Notes: generated by a model not told the origin, from the letters alone. DNA of 64,000 nucleotides from Candidatus Micrarchaeota archaeon (GCA_023270055.1 JAGDYB010000008.1:3438-67437); one strand, 5' to 3'; counted from the stretch's first letter, positions 1-10,992 are shown. A program made the numbers and translations.

Positions 1-1869
1 AGTCTGCAGGTATATGTAAGATATATTGTAATTTTCTATCGCAGTGCAATTGCCATCAAGCATCTGGCTGTTTGCTTCAGTTAGCAACGCCAGCGGATAC
101 GTGTATTCGTCTATGCTTACGTATGGCAACACCGAAATGAGCGTTGTCCTACCAGCTATCGTGGAAACAATCTGCGCTTTTGACTGGTAGTTGCTGACCG
201 CAAATACCGATGGCTCAGGCGTGTCTGCACCTATAAATTTAGCCGCATTTATCTGCGCGCTGCTTATCCACACGTATGGACGAATAGCCCAATAACCATA
301 CTCTATGGCAAAGTTTCCGCATATGAGCACAATTATCACTATTGTGGCAAACTTGAAGATGACACTATTTTTTCTATAAAGCAGGTAAAGGGAATAACCC
401 ACTATAGCGTCTATGATAAGAAGCACATAGACAAAAATTTTGTTTGAATCGAGCGGGTTTGGCTGTATGGAGAAAATGCTGATTAATATCCATATAATAA
501 AGAAAGGCACAAAGAAGATCCTGATTTCCCTCTTTGCAAACTTGTACCCGAAAATCAGTACCACTACCGGAATGCCGACAGTCTCAACCCAAAACGACGT
601 GTATGACAGCGCGGTTTCGGCTAGCGCCAAATAAGGGTTGCTATTGCCAACTACTAGATACTGGTATATGAAATGGAACCATCCGGCTGCAAGCCTTTGG
701 CGCAGCATGTAAGCAATTTGCGGCAAAGAGAATAGCGCAAGCACAACAATCGTTACTGCGCTGTTTCTCAGCAGCACTTTTTTGTCATGCTCTTTTGCAA
801 GAAGATACAAAAAAGCGAACGCAGCTACAATAACACTAACTACCAAGGTGCTTGGATGTACAAGTGGCGTCATGCCGATGGCAGCACCCAGAAAGGCATA
901 ATCCCTAATCTTCATTTTGCCGTTATCAAATATGAAAATATACAGCAGATAAATTATAAGGAGGCCTAACGGGAACCCAAGCACCAAATCATGCTGGGGC
1001 ATGAAAAGTGCATATATAGGGGAATTCCACGTGCTGAGCGTAAAACTCATTGAGGCCGTGGCCATTCCAAGCGCTCCGTTCGCTGTTATCCCATAAATTG
1101 AAAGAAATTGCCTTGGCGGCATGAGATACTGCATATAAAAAGGCAACAAATGTGCAAGCGGGTAAAATACAAAAGCCATTATAAAATCGCTCCCAAACCA
1201 AAAAATTGTCTCAGAAAAAATTGTAGCCATTGTGCTTCTAGTCATCTTATATATCAGTAGCGATGATATAGTTACCGATGAGAAAATTAGCAATATGTCT
1301 GTTATGATAAATGATCCTGTAATGCCAAACCCATATTTGTAAAGTACTGCCGAATAAAAATCGTTTATAAAAGGGAAGACGTTTATCGCTTTTATGGTGA
1401 AAGGGTATAATGGCGGGAAATGGTAAGTAAGGAGCGAAACGCCTATCCCAAAATGATACATAAAGTCCGAGCACATGCCTATATTGCCGCAATATATAGA
1501 TCCGTTGCTCATGTACAAATTTGAGGCAAAGACAATGCCGATTATTGCGGAAATCGCGAGCACGCCTGCAACCAAGTCATTTGGCATCGCTGCAAACTTG
1601 TTTGCACGTACCGCGCTAAAGTTCCTTTGCCGCTTGGCGCATAGAAGAACTGATGCCCCGGCAAGCAAGATTATTGTAGCATCAGTAACTGCATAAGAAA
1701 ATGTGCCCAAAATAGCGTAAATTGCGAGCATGATAAAAGCTGCTGACGCTATTCCAATCGGTATGCCGAGCCCGAATCTTTCCAGTGGGCTTTTTGCAAA
1801 ATCGAATTTGGAAAGCAGCACGTATCCGAATATCAGCGAAAGCAGCAAAAGAAAAATGCCTACAATCAT
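1..1869 (-). CDS. Large polytopic membrane protein, GT-C-type glycosyltransferase-like; C-terminus runs off the left window edge
   Basis: Absent from the ORF track because it has no in-window stop. My reverse-complement translation from ATG at 1869 (MIVGIFLLLLSLIFGYVLLSKFDFAKSPLERFGLGIPIG...) stays open for all 623 codons down to position 1 (...NCTAIENYNISYIYLQT). It has more than 10 hydrophobic segments followed by a soluble tail. The short + strand ORFs here (440-634, 787-969, 1475-1696, 1730-1990) are shadows of it. The function is inferred from architecture only. Confidence 0.8.
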   Translation of the reverse strand, partial: MIVGIFLLLLSLIFGYVLLSKFDFAKSPLERFGLGIPIGIASAAFIMLAIYAILGTFSYAVTDATIILLAGASVLLCAKRQRNFSAVRANKFAAMPNDLVAGVLAISAIIGIVFASNLYMSNGSIYCGNIGMCSDFMYHFGIGVSLLTYHFPPLYPFTIKAINVFPFINDFYSAVLYKYGFGITGSFIITDILLIFSSVTISSLLIYKMTRSTMATIFSETIFWFGSDFIMAFVFYPLAHLLPFYMQYLMPPRQFLSIYGITANGALGMATASMSFTLSTWNSPIYALFMPQHDLVLGFPLGLLIIYLLYIFIFDNGKMKIRDYAFLGAAIGMTPLVHPSTLVVSVIVAAFAFLYLLAKEHDKKVLLRNSAVTIVVLALFSLPQIAYMLRQRLAAGWFHFIYQYLVVGNSNPYLALAETALSYTSFWVETVGIPVVVLIFGYKFAKREIRIFFVPFFIIWILISIFSIQPNPLDSNKIFVYVLLIIDAIVGYSLYLLYRKNSVIFKFATIVIIVLICGNFAIEYGYWAIRPYVWISSAQINAAKFIGADTPEPSVFAVSNYQSKAQIVSTIAGRTTLISVLPYVSIDEYTYPLALLTEANSQMLDGNCTAIENYNISYIYLQT

Positions 1870-1964
1870 GGAGATCCTCTTCGCCTTAATTTTTAAATCA
1901 CGAAGTCTAATTTTTATGCGCTTGCAGGTATTTTATATTTTTGTAGCGGTAAACTATTGGTTTA

Positions 1965-3005
1965 ATGCAGATACTCCATTTCTACGATGATACAAACACG
2001 CTCAAGCTGCGCATAGACTCGCCCGACGACCTCTACGTAATACAGCGCGCGCTCAACAGCGGAGACAGCGTTGAAGGGAGGAGCTACAGGAGGTTTAAGT
2101 CGACCGAAGGTGACATTGGCTCGCAGAAGGAGATTGAAGTTAGGATAAGCATTGAGAAGGCAGAGCTCGACAAGGTGTCTGGCAAGCTGAGGCTAACAGG
2201 CAAGATACTCTGGGGAAGGCCGGAGCGCTACATATCCATCGCGAGCTACCATACGCTGAACATAGGCGTCGGCGACGAGGTACGCATAACAAAACCAGAG
2301 TGGAAGGGCTACATAATAAAGATGTTCAAGGAGGCCGAAAAGGAGTCGCGGAAGCCAAGGCTAGGCATAATAGCCATGGATGACGAAAAGGCAACGGTAT
2401 CGCAGGCAAAGGGCTATGGCATAGAAATCATCGCAGAGATAAGAAGCCACCTGAGCAAGAGAATGAAGATGCGAGAGTACGAGGAGGAGAAGCAGAAATA
2501 TTTCAACGAGATAATAAAGATGATTGGCAGCATTTCCGCGAGCACGGTAATAGTTGCAGGGCCTGGGTTCATGAAAAACGACCTGGAAAAGTACATAAAG
2601 GAAAAGGGGATAAAAATAGGCAAGAACATTGTCTATGCGAGCGCAAGCGACGCGGAGCGTTCAGGCATAAGGGAAGTAATGCAAAGTCCTGAGGCGATGC
2701 GGTTGCTAGAAGCAGAGCACATAAAGAAGGAGTTTGAACTGCTCAACAAGTTCATGGCTGGCCTGAGGCTGAATGCATCGTTTTCAAAGGAGGAAAAGAT
2801 AAGGGATTCCATAGAATCATATGAAGCGGGCGCAATAATAGTGAATGATGACATGCTCAACGACGCAAAGGCAAAGGAGCTGCTGGACCTGGCAGAGAGT
2901 CACAACATAAGCATATACATATTCAACAGCGACGACGATGCTGGCATGCAGTTGAAGGGGTTTGGCGGCATAGGAAGTATATCGAAGCGGCTGCTAGCTA
3001 GCTAG
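1965..3005 (+). CDS. pelA: Pelota (Dom34) mRNA surveillance / ribosome rescue factor
   Basis: 346 aa. The N-terminus MQILHFYDDTNTLKLRIDSPDDLYVIQRAL, followed by eRF1-like middle and C-terminal domains, is typical of archaeal Pelota. Confidence 0.88.
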   Translation: MQILHFYDDTNTLKLRIDSPDDLYVIQRALNSGDSVEGRSYRRFKSTEGDIGSQKEIEVRISIEKAELDKVSGKLRLTGKILWGRPERYISIASYHTLNIGVGDEVRITKPEWKGYIIKMFKEAEKESRKPRLGIIAMDDEKATVSQAKGYGIEIIAEIRSHLSKRMKMREYEEEKQKYFNEIIKMIGSISASTVIVAGPGFMKNDLEKYIKEKGIKIGKNIVYASASDAERSGIREVMQSPEAMRLLEAEHIKKEFELLNKFMAGLRLNASFSKEEKIRDSIESYEAGAIIVNDDMLNDAKAKELLDLAESHNISIYIFNSDDDAGMQLKGFGGIGSISKRLLAS

Positions 3006-4029
3006 GCAGGCCTGTTGTATTGAGCATCTGTGCGCCAGGCGCGCACACGTTGGACCACAAAACTGCAACATCAGTGAATCCGCTGCTCAGGCTCATTGTA
3101 TCTGGCCCATAAGCCTTGCAGCAACCCACGTAGCCACCAAAGACGTTCTGCCACGCCGTCGCGGAACTCGATTTGTAGTAGACATTCATTAAGTCGTCAG
3201 GCCACACGCTTACATTCACGCTTCTTCCACCAGGCGAGTATATTATGGTGTAGGCTAGGGACATGGTGCTGTTGTATGAAGGAGGGTTTGTTGCGCCGCA
3301 TTGCACATTGTTGTTGTTAAGCGTTGAGACGAGAGTCGGGAAGGGCACAACCTTCATGCCAAGGTAGCTGTTGCCTTGGTAGCTTGCAGTACCGTATGCA
3401 TAGCCATTGTGGTTTGTAACCCAGTCCCCATTCTGCACAACCATCCAGTTTGATGGTATCACCGGCGCGCTCTCGCTTGGCGGGCTCTGCTGGTTCCTGG
3501 GGCTCTGCAACGCGATGACTGCAAAGATGAGCGGCATAGAGTATACCGGCTGCACGCTGAAGTAGCCGCCATAGCTTGCAACGTTTCCGGTGCAATTGTA
3601 TGCTGAGATGTTGGAGAGGCCAGACGCACAGTAGCTTGCATTTACTGCGTAAAAACCTTTCACTAAACTCGGGCTTCCAACAAGCTTTGTTATCGGCACT
3701 GCGCATACCGTGTCGCCTCCAGGCATCACAACCGATGGATCACAGTAGCCCACAGAGCTTTCCGTATTTATGAGCACGCTGACATCTGTTATGTTTATCG
3801 GCACAGCTTCAGCATTGGTGAATGAGAACTCCATAAGCTTGTAGCCTGTGCTGTTATTTATGTACAGCGTGCCTAAATTGCACTGCATACCTGAATACGA
3901 CGTGCACTGAGTTGGAAGAAGGGATTTGGGCGATGTGCCTATGAAGAACAGCAGGTAAACGACAACGCCTAGTATTATGAAAAGGTAGCTGTATGTTGTA
4001 AGGAACTCTATTGCCGATTGCGCGCGCAC
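2998..4029 (-). CDS. Secreted protein with class III (type IV prepilin-like) signal peptide, sequon-rich
   Basis: The N-terminus is MRA|QSAIEFLTTYSYLFIILGVVVYLLF: a short charged leader, then a Q-x-A-x-E-[FY]-L hydrophobic helix as in archaeal type IV pilin-like proteins. Many N-x-S/T sequons follow. Confidence 0.75.
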   Translation of the reverse strand: MRAQSAIEFLTTYSYLFIILGVVVYLLFFIGTSPKSLLPTQCTSYSGMQCNLGTLYINNSTGYKLMEFSFTNAEAVPINITDVSVLINTESSVGYCDPSVVMPGGDTVCAVPITKLVGSPSLVKGFYAVNASYCASGLSNISAYNCTGNVASYGGYFSVQPVYSMPLIFAVIALQSPRNQQSPPSESAPVIPSNWMVVQNGDWVTNHNGYAYGTASYQGNSYLGMKVVPFPTLVSTLNNNNVQCGATNPPSYNSTMSLAYTIIYSPGGRSVNVSVWPDDLMNVYYKSSSATAWQNVFGGYVGCCKAYGPDTMSLSSGFTDVAVLWSNVCAPGAQMLNTTGLPS

Positions 4030-4081
4030 CTAATCACTATATACAGAAATAATCTTAAATATAAAAAACATATGTATATTC

Positions 4082-4876
4082 ATGTTGCAGCAAAGGCCAA
4101 AAAAGAGTCTTGGGCAGAACTTCCTTGTCAACAGGAAAATAGCAGAAGCCGAAGCGGCACATGCAGCTGGCAAAATTGTGCTCGAGCTCGGCGCCGGCTA
4201 CGGCACGCTCACCTCAGAGCTATGCAAGAAGGCAAAAAAGGTCGTAGCGGTGGAGAAAGACGAAGGGCTTTTTGACACGCTGAAGGCGGAGCTGAGCGCA
4301 AAAAACCTCAAGCTGATAAAGGGAGACTTCTTCGATGTGGAAAGCGAGATAGAAAAGGAGCATGTTGACATAATGATCGCCAACATACCGTACAACCTCT
4401 CAAGCAGGGTCATAGGTTGGCTCGAGCAGCACTCGCTTCCTGCGGTTCTTTGCCTGCAGAAGGAGTTTGTAGAACATATGACTGCAAAGCCCGACACGAG
4501 CAAGTACTCCAAGCTCAGCGTGATAGCGGCGCTGGAGTTCCGCATAGTTAAGATAATGGACGTAAGCAAGGGGAATTTCAATCCAGTGCCGAAGGTGGAC
4601 TCTGCCATCGTGCTGATAGAGCCAAGCGGAAGAAAGGTTAGCGAAGAGGAGAACAGGCTTATAAGCATGCTCATGCAGCACAAGAAAAAGAAGCTAAGGA
4701 ATGCGATATACGATTCTAGAAAGGAGCTTGGACTGAGCGACGAGATGGCGCGAAGCATCGCTGAGGCAACTGAGCACAATGCTGACCGCGTGTTCAAGCT
4801 CGAACCTGCTGTGCTGCTAAAAATAGCAGACTGGCTAATGGCAGAAATGGGCAAAATGCATATTCAGAACGAGTAG
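4082..4876 (+). CDS. rsmA: 16S rRNA (adenine-N6,N6)-dimethyltransferase KsgA/RsmA/Dim1
   Basis: KKSLGQNFLVN motif, SAM-binding VLELGAGYGTLT and NIPYNLSS motif. Confidence 0.92.
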   Translation: MLQQRPKKSLGQNFLVNRKIAEAEAAHAAGKIVLELGAGYGTLTSELCKKAKKVVAVEKDEGLFDTLKAELSAKNLKLIKGDFFDVESEIEKEHVDIMIANIPYNLSSRVIGWLEQHSLPAVLCLQKEFVEHMTAKPDTSKYSKLSVIAALEFRIVKIMDVSKGNFNPVPKVDSAIVLIEPSGRKVSEEENRLISMLMQHKKKKLRNAIYDSRKELGLSDEMARSIAEATEHNADRVFKLEPAVLLKIADWLMAEMGKMHIQNE

Positions 4877-5553
4877 TAAGGCTCCTGTATCTCTTTCATT
4901 ATCATGATGTTGTCGAGCTTCTCCCTTATCTTCTCCTCAGCCTTTGCAGAGCCTTCCTTCCCAAGCAGCGCCTTGTAATGCATAGGAACTATTGTCTTTG
5001 CGTTTATCATGCCTGCCGCCTTTGCCATCTCATCGACATCCATCGTGTATGTGCCGCCCATTGGCAGCAGCGCGATGTCAGTTCTGAGTCCTTTCATTTC
5101 CTCCACAGCATCAGTGTCCCCTGCGTGATATACCTTTGTATCCCCTACGTCTATCACGTAGCCAAGCCAGTTGTTGTCTTTTGGATGGTAGCTGAGCCTT
5201 TCTGGTTTTACATTGTAAGCCCGTACCGCTTCGTATCTGACGCCTTTGGCCTCTCCTTTATCATAAGGCTTTACCGCAATCGCATTCCACATGCTCACTT
5301 TTTTGGCAGCATCTTCCGGGGCGAGTATGACTGTATCATCCTTTGCTATTTTCCTTATGTCGTCTATGCTGAGGTGGTCGAAGTGCGAATGTGTTATGAA
5401 TATTACATCAGCCTTGCCGAAATCCTTTGATAGCCTGAAAGGATCGATGTATATCTTTGTAACGCCAACATCAAGCATAAAGCTTGCGTGTCCGATCCAT
5501 TTTATGAAATCGTATTCAGCCATCAGCTCATCCATGTCTTCCAGTGCCTTCAT
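4864..5553 (-). CDS. Metallo-beta-lactamase fold hydrolase (UPF0173-like)
   Basis: ITHSHFDHL zinc-binding motif. 229 aa. Overlaps the rsmA 3' end convergently. Confidence 0.85.
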   Translation of the reverse strand: MKALEDMDELMAEYDFIKWIGHASFMLDVGVTKIYIDPFRLSKDFGKADVIFITHSHFDHLSIDDIRKIAKDDTVILAPEDAAKKVSMWNAIAVKPYDKGEAKGVRYEAVRAYNVKPERLSYHPKDNNWLGYVIDVGDTKVYHAGDTDAVEEMKGLRTDIALLPMGGTYTMDVDEMAKAAGMINAKTIVPMHYKALLGKEGSAKAEEKIREKLDNIMIMKEIQEPYYSF

Positions 5554-5665
5554 ATTCTAAATATCGGCATAAAAATAAATATCTAACTGCGATATAATAA
5601 AGTAGAACAAATACGATGCTGCGGAAAATCCAACATGAAGGGCAGAATAAAAAAGGTGGCCTAAA

Positions 5666-8600
5666 TTGGCTGGCAAACATTTGACCATTTACACTCTTGC
5701 TCTAGCCTTCGCTTTATTCATGATAGTCTCTTTTGCCGAAGCCCCTACGGTTACCTACAATTATCAGTGTACTTCATCTACTTCCTACGATTACAACTGT
5801 CAGCTGACTGAAAACGTAATAACATACTATTCTGCGTCCACTGGGTTCTCTCAGTCGCAGTCCTCATCAAGTTCACAGGCAGCTAGTCCTGTAAATAACT
5901 ACAACTATAATAATGCCCCATGGCTTCTGACATGCCCTGTAACTCCATCGCAAAATCCAACCACCGATCTGTATTTCTATCCAGGCTATCCAGGAAGTGG
6001 CGGCGTGGCGAATGTCGGAGGTAATGCCTGTCAAATTACTTCATCATCATCAACTACGCAGGTCATACAGCAGCCTTGCTTAGAAGGCGCGCCGAACGGC
6101 TATTGTGGCTACTCTGCCTGCCCTTCTGGTTTTACCTGTGCAGGCTTGACCGGGCAACATGTTAGAAAGGAGAATGGGCAGTGTGCTACATCTGGTGGTG
6201 GCTATGCAGTTGGGAGTGAATGTGTCGGAAGTTCTTCACCAAGCCTTCTTACTACAGTAATCTTGCCAACGACTACATCAGGTGACGAGTACGATCTGGA
6301 GACGGCATCGCTCGGCTCGCTCTCAGTAACCAATCCCGCAACGCTCAGCATGACTAACCTCGCATATTCGCCAATGGTAAATTCAAACATTTCAAACGGC
6401 TTCAGCACAAATTCATACATATTCAGGCCGGTGCCATCGATGCCACAGAACGATCTTTGGACTTGGACCTCCGAATTTGTAAACTTCAGCACGACAAGCC
6501 CGTACCAGTATACGCTGCACGTGCCCGGCCTGACATACACCGAAACAGTAACGAACTCGAACACGCAAAACGGGGTGACGAGCACAAACTCAACCACATG
6601 CACATACTTGTACGATTTCAAACAGACAACAGAGCTGCAGCAGATAAGCAACAACTACATACCATTCAACGAAGTGCTGCCAACCACGCCCCCGTTCACC
6701 ACCTTCAACACCCCAATCCTGCCGTTCTTCACATACAACTTCAGCATGCCGTCGCTTTACCAGCAGTCCATGAATCTGTCTTATGATGTATATGGGCCTT
6801 GGAACTATTACACGCCGCAGAATTCAATCGACATGTTTCCTGTAGATGTAGGCCACAATCTGTATGTCAACTACTGCACAAGCAGTGGCTGCTCAACGCA
6901 ATACAGCAGCAGTGCCTTCTGCATAGGAAATCCAAACAACCCGATATGCCTTAACATGCCTGGCATGCCAAACATTCCTGGCAATGGCAATGGAAATGGA
7001 AATGGCATGCCTGGCATTGGCATAACGTTTCCCGGAGTAAAAAATCCACACATTGCGCAGCCTATTGCAATCGCCGCACTGCCAAACGATTACATATATA
7101 TATTAAATTCTACATCATCTGGTGGCTACAACATAACAATATTGAGACTTATACCGCACGGCTACTACAATACCTCTCCATACACCCCAAACAATGCAAG
7201 CCTTATCTCTTCGCAAGACAGCGAGGCTGCGTGGGTGAACCAGTGGAATGCATATTGGTCTAACATAATAAACCTGCAGAACACCTCTACTTACGTGCTC
7301 AAAACCATATCGGTATCAAATCATTTTTCCAATTTTAACCCCATGGGCATGGCGGTAAACATTTCAGGCTATGTCTACTTGACAGGCAACCTGACCAATC
7401 AAGCTGGCCTTGGTGTAGGTGCGCAGCCAGAGCTCGCAGTAATAACAAACACTCTGAGTGGCACCATGCAATTTATAAACGATACAATAAATGCGCCTGC
7501 AGTGATGCCCGAAATAGCTGTGTCGCCTTCAGGCAGGCTCGTATACCTTGCCAACCAGAGCGTGCCGGGCTATATATACGTATACAACGGATCATCCCCG
7601 ACATTTAACTCCCTGTACCAGATAAACCTCACGTTCGGGAAGGTTATTAGCCCAGGCAACACAGCTACGCTAAACATAACCTACTGGCTCGCAAACAACG
7701 GACTGTTTGGGCAATACATACCTTGGGTTGCGACTCAGGGGAACAACTACAACGAAAACCTTGATGTGCCTGAATTTCACCATCCTATAGGGCTTTATGA
7801 CGTTAACGGCTATCTCTACGTGCTTGACAACTGGGGCGGCCTGCTCAACGGCAATCTACAATCATGCGGAAACTGGTTTGGGGTAGGTTGTCCTTCAGGT
7901 CCCGTAAGTTTAAGTAATGCATTGTTCTTCGATATACTGTTGCTCAGGGCAATAAATTCGACCAATGCGAATGTGCCAATTAATCCGACAAAGTTCAACG
8001 ATATGTTTTCAACGTATACATGCGCCAATCCAACCTTAGGTCAAACCTCTATAAATCCTAGCACATGCTATTCATCTCAACTAAGTCCAAGCCCAACCTG
8101 CGGCGCCCACTGCACCCTTTCAACTTCATCCTGCGAGCAGAGCGCAAAATGCCCGGCTTACAATTACTGCTTCCTTGGCGGCACAACGCCAAGCTGCGGT
8201 TCACAATGCAATGCAGTGAAGGGAAATTCGTGCGATAAGGATAAAGGTTACTATTATACATGCCAGCCAAATACAGGCACTTCATACGCATGCGTTGCCT
8301 CTGGTTCTGGTTCGGGCAAAAAAAGCAGCACATATCTGTCGCTTGCAACATCGAGCTTCTTCCCTTATGATACCTATCCTCCGTACGGTTGGATACTTTC
8401 AGCCAACGTTTCATTGATTGGCAGCATGACAAATCTTGGTGATATAACCGGCACAAATGTATACAGCATTAACCCTTCCGAATACATATCAATTTCAGCA
8501 AACGGAATAATAAGCGGTCCACCTTCGGAAGAAATTACTCCGTACAATGCAATACCTTCCCAATATCCTCCGATAGGGCCACCAGTCACCGCAATATATA

Positions 8601-10987
8601 CTGCTGGCGTCAACAGCAATAACCCTAAGTTATGTCTTGGATATGGTTTGTGTATTGGCGGTTCTACAACTGTAAACAGGGCCATATGGAATGGTTCGCA
8701 AGAAGTCGGCGGCGCAAAGACAGCTGATGGCTTTGTACCATTCTATTATAATATTGGCTATTCAGTCAACTACAACCATACTGTCGACATGATATTTCCA
8801 AGCTTTTCTAGTAGCAGCGTACTCTCGTCCGAATGTCCAATTTTTTGGAGCTGCTATGCTTCAAACGCAAACATATACCCAGAGCTTGCGATATTGCACG
8901 CACCGATAGACAACTACACAAAGCTCTTTACAAGCGCAGGCGGTGAAACATGCTATTCAAGCAACAACTCAATAAACACCCCTAACGGAGCATGCTCATA
9001 TCTGCCTACTGTGGCAAACATGACTGCACCAGTGTACAGCGTCACCGATCCGTTAAAATATCTGGAGAATTTAGGAAGCTACAACCAATTCGTAACCTTT
9101 GGTGGCGCCACATCTTCAACATTCACTGGAGGCTCAGGCGCTCCGTCGAGCAACACCGTATGTGCTAACTCCATAGCATACAATGGAATAGGTAACTGCA
9201 ACGGTGCGTCGCTAAATTACAACAGCATATACACCTCTGCAAACAGCAATTATCTTAATCCAGCATCAACTGCATCATACGTATCTGATCTTGAGACGCT
9301 GAACAGCACGCTTAACGGTTATGTGATGATTCCATACTATTACTCTGACACAATGAGCTACTGGAGGTACAACGCGCAGCTGATTGCACAAACAACCCCA
9401 GTAAGCAGCGGACCTAACCCTCCGCCAGTAGCATGCCCTCCGGCAAGCAGTATCGACACCGGTCCAGTCACGACCAACTCATTGGTGTACACCGACGCTT
9501 TGGTTGATGGCAATTCAAACAAGCTCAGCAGCACCGTTGAGGGCGGCGATACATACTTCGAATACCCAAATACCTCGCACTACGTGCCATATCTTGGCGA
9601 CAACAACACGATAATACCTCCAGGCATATTCTTCCTCACACAGACAGACAGGATATTCGACAAGGTAATAGCTCTGCTCGAATTCAACATAACCGAGTAC
9701 TTCCTTAACCCTAATGAACCTCAATATAGTATAGCCAACCCTGAGGTGCTCAACGCAACAAGGCAGTTTGACTTCTATATAAATCAAATAACTCAGGACA
9801 GTGGTGCATATCCTGGTTACGAGACAATAACCATCTCCAGCAATCCTTCTTTCAACGTAGGAGATGAAAGTCCGCAATACTCATTCTCCCAGTTTTATAG
9901 CCCAAATGCTATAGGCTTCAACTACACCCCATTTTCAATTCCGACAGCAATGAACCTGTTCAACTGGTACAAGTTCAGATCGTATGAAAACCCCCTAAAG
10001 CTTTACCTTAATTCTACCAAGCTACTGGGGTACCACCGCTTCATGCTCAACTTCCTTGACACGTTCAACAATACTATACACGTGCCACTCGATGCTGATG
10101 TTGCCAATACAACAATAATATCGCTTTCGTCGAATCCGGCAGTAAACACAACAAATCCAAACCAGACAAATCTGTACATAAACGGCACTGTAACTTCGAT
10201 AGGATTTGGTGGCACGGAAAAGAATCTTAGCGGTGCACAAGTGTACCTGTACTTTGAAAAGAACATAAACTATGTGAACTTCAGTCCGGAGCAGAACCCG
10301 GTAAACGCGATGCTATGCGCATACACGAACACCATAGCGCCAAACAATTGCATACTTGCAAATCCGGTAATGCTAAATCTTCAAGCCAATTCAAGCATTG
10401 TCGACTTTTATCCGATGCTGAACAGCTCCGGTGCTTGCCCTATGCCGCCAAACAGCCTTCTGAATTATACGTATGGTACGCCATGCAACATTTATGGATA
10501 CGACGGCTTGCCTTCAAACTGCGGGCAGAATACATACAATCCTAATTATGCAGAATTCTGCCAGCCAATGTATGCAAATGGCACAGGCGTATGTACCTCA
10601 CAGCTGGGCCTCATGGCTATTGTTACTACAAATTCAAATGGTCAGTTCACCTACAACACCCTCGTATGTGGTGTTGGGAATCCAGAAATAATCGCCAAGT
10701 TCTACGGCTCGCCTTCACCACAGCCGGTGCAGATAACTCAGACCATACTCTCCAATTCCACATATTATGGCCCGATACCAGCGTATCCCGTATTCGCTGC
10801 GCTGCCTGTAACAATGAATGTGCTGAACTACACGCAGGCTCCAAATGCGAGTGCATTGCAGGTGCAGATAGGGCTTTTATACTTGAGCTACGGGAGCGTT
10901 GCAGTGTATGGCATCCTGGCAATCGCCGCGGCACTTCTCGTGATTGCCGCACGCAAAATAAAGATATTTAAATCAGAAAAGCGCTAA
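5666..10987 (+). CDS. Giant (1773 aa) cell-surface glycoprotein candidate (S-layer/adhesin-like)
   Basis: TTG start 10 nt after a GGTGG SD. Signal peptide MAGKHLTIYTLALAFALFMIVSFAEA. C-terminal TM helix plus basic tail (VAVYGILAIAAALLVIAARKIKIFKSEKR). Very many N-x-S/T sequons. NHL/YVTN-like beta-propeller repeat signatures (GYVYLTGN, GRLVYLANQ, GYLYVLDNWGG). A Cys-rich stretch and a GNGNGNGNG tract. Confidence 0.85.
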   Translation: MAGKHLTIYTLALAFALFMIVSFAEAPTVTYNYQCTSSTSYDYNCQLTENVITYYSASTGFSQSQSSSSSQAASPVNNYNYNNAPWLLTCPVTPSQNPTTDLYFYPGYPGSGGVANVGGNACQITSSSSTTQVIQQPCLEGAPNGYCGYSACPSGFTCAGLTGQHVRKENGQCATSGGGYAVGSECVGSSSPSLLTTVILPTTTSGDEYDLETASLGSLSVTNPATLSMTNLAYSPMVNSNISNGFSTNSYIFRPVPSMPQNDLWTWTSEFVNFSTTSPYQYTLHVPGLTYTETVTNSNTQNGVTSTNSTTCTYLYDFKQTTELQQISNNYIPFNEVLPTTPPFTTFNTPILPFFTYNFSMPSLYQQSMNLSYDVYGPWNYYTPQNSIDMFPVDVGHNLYVNYCTSSGCSTQYSSSAFCIGNPNNPICLNMPGMPNIPGNGNGNGNGMPGIGITFPGVKNPHIAQPIAIAALPNDYIYILNSTSSGGYNITILRLIPHGYYNTSPYTPNNASLISSQDSEAAWVNQWNAYWSNIINLQNTSTYVLKTISVSNHFSNFNPMGMAVNISGYVYLTGNLTNQAGLGVGAQPELAVITNTLSGTMQFINDTINAPAVMPEIAVSPSGRLVYLANQSVPGYIYVYNGSSPTFNSLYQINLTFGKVISPGNTATLNITYWLANNGLFGQYIPWVATQGNNYNENLDVPEFHHPIGLYDVNGYLYVLDNWGGLLNGNLQSCGNWFGVGCPSGPVSLSNALFFDILLLRAINSTNANVPINPTKFNDMFSTYTCANPTLGQTSINPSTCYSSQLSPSPTCGAHCTLSTSSCEQSAKCPAYNYCFLGGTTPSCGSQCNAVKGNSCDKDKGYYYTCQPNTGTSYACVASGSGSGKKSSTYLSLATSSFFPYDTYPPYGWILSANVSLIGSMTNLGDITGTNVYSINPSEYISISANGIISGPPSEEITPYNAIPSQYPPIGPPVTAIYTAGVNSNNPKLCLGYGLCIGGSTTVNRAIWNGSQEVGGAKTADGFVPFYYNIGYSVNYNHTVDMIFPSFSSSSVLSSECPIFWSCYASNANIYPELAILHAPIDNYTKLFTSAGGETCYSSNNSINTPNGACSYLPTVANMTAPVYSVTDPLKYLENLGSYNQFVTFGGATSSTFTGGSGAPSSNTVCANSIAYNGIGNCNGASLNYNSIYTSANSNYLNPASTASYVSDLETLNSTLNGYVMIPYYYSDTMSYWRYNAQLIAQTTPVSSGPNPPPVACPPASSIDTGPVTTNSLVYTDALVDGNSNKLSSTVEGGDTYFEYPNTSHYVPYLGDNNTIIPPGIFFLTQTDRIFDKVIALLEFNITEYFLNPNEPQYSIANPEVLNATRQFDFYINQITQDSGAYPGYETITISSNPSFNVGDESPQYSFSQFYSPNAIGFNYTPFSIPTAMNLFNWYKFRSYENPLKLYLNSTKLLGYHRFMLNFLDTFNNTIHVPLDADVANTTIISLSSNPAVNTTNPNQTNLYINGTVTSIGFGGTEKNLSGAQVYLYFEKNINYVNFSPEQNPVNAMLCAYTNTIAPNNCILANPVMLNLQANSSIVDFYPMLNSSGACPMPPNSLLNYTYGTPCNIYGYDGLPSNCGQNTYNPNYAEFCQPMYANGTGVCTSQLGLMAIVTTNSNGQFTYNTLVCGVGNPEIIAKFYGSPSPQPVQITQTILSNSTYYGPIPAYPVFAALPVTMNVLNYTQAPNASALQVQIGLLYLSYGSVAVYGILAIAAALLVIAARKIKIFKSEKR

Positions 10988-10992
10988 TTATA

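Noticed and set aside
6980-7006. Short AATGGN x4 tandem repeat considered as a CRISPR, microsatellite or regulatory element
   Set aside because: It is in-frame inside the giant surface protein (GNGNGNGNG) and is only a low-complexity coding tract. No CRISPR-like repeat-spacer array exists anywhere in the window.
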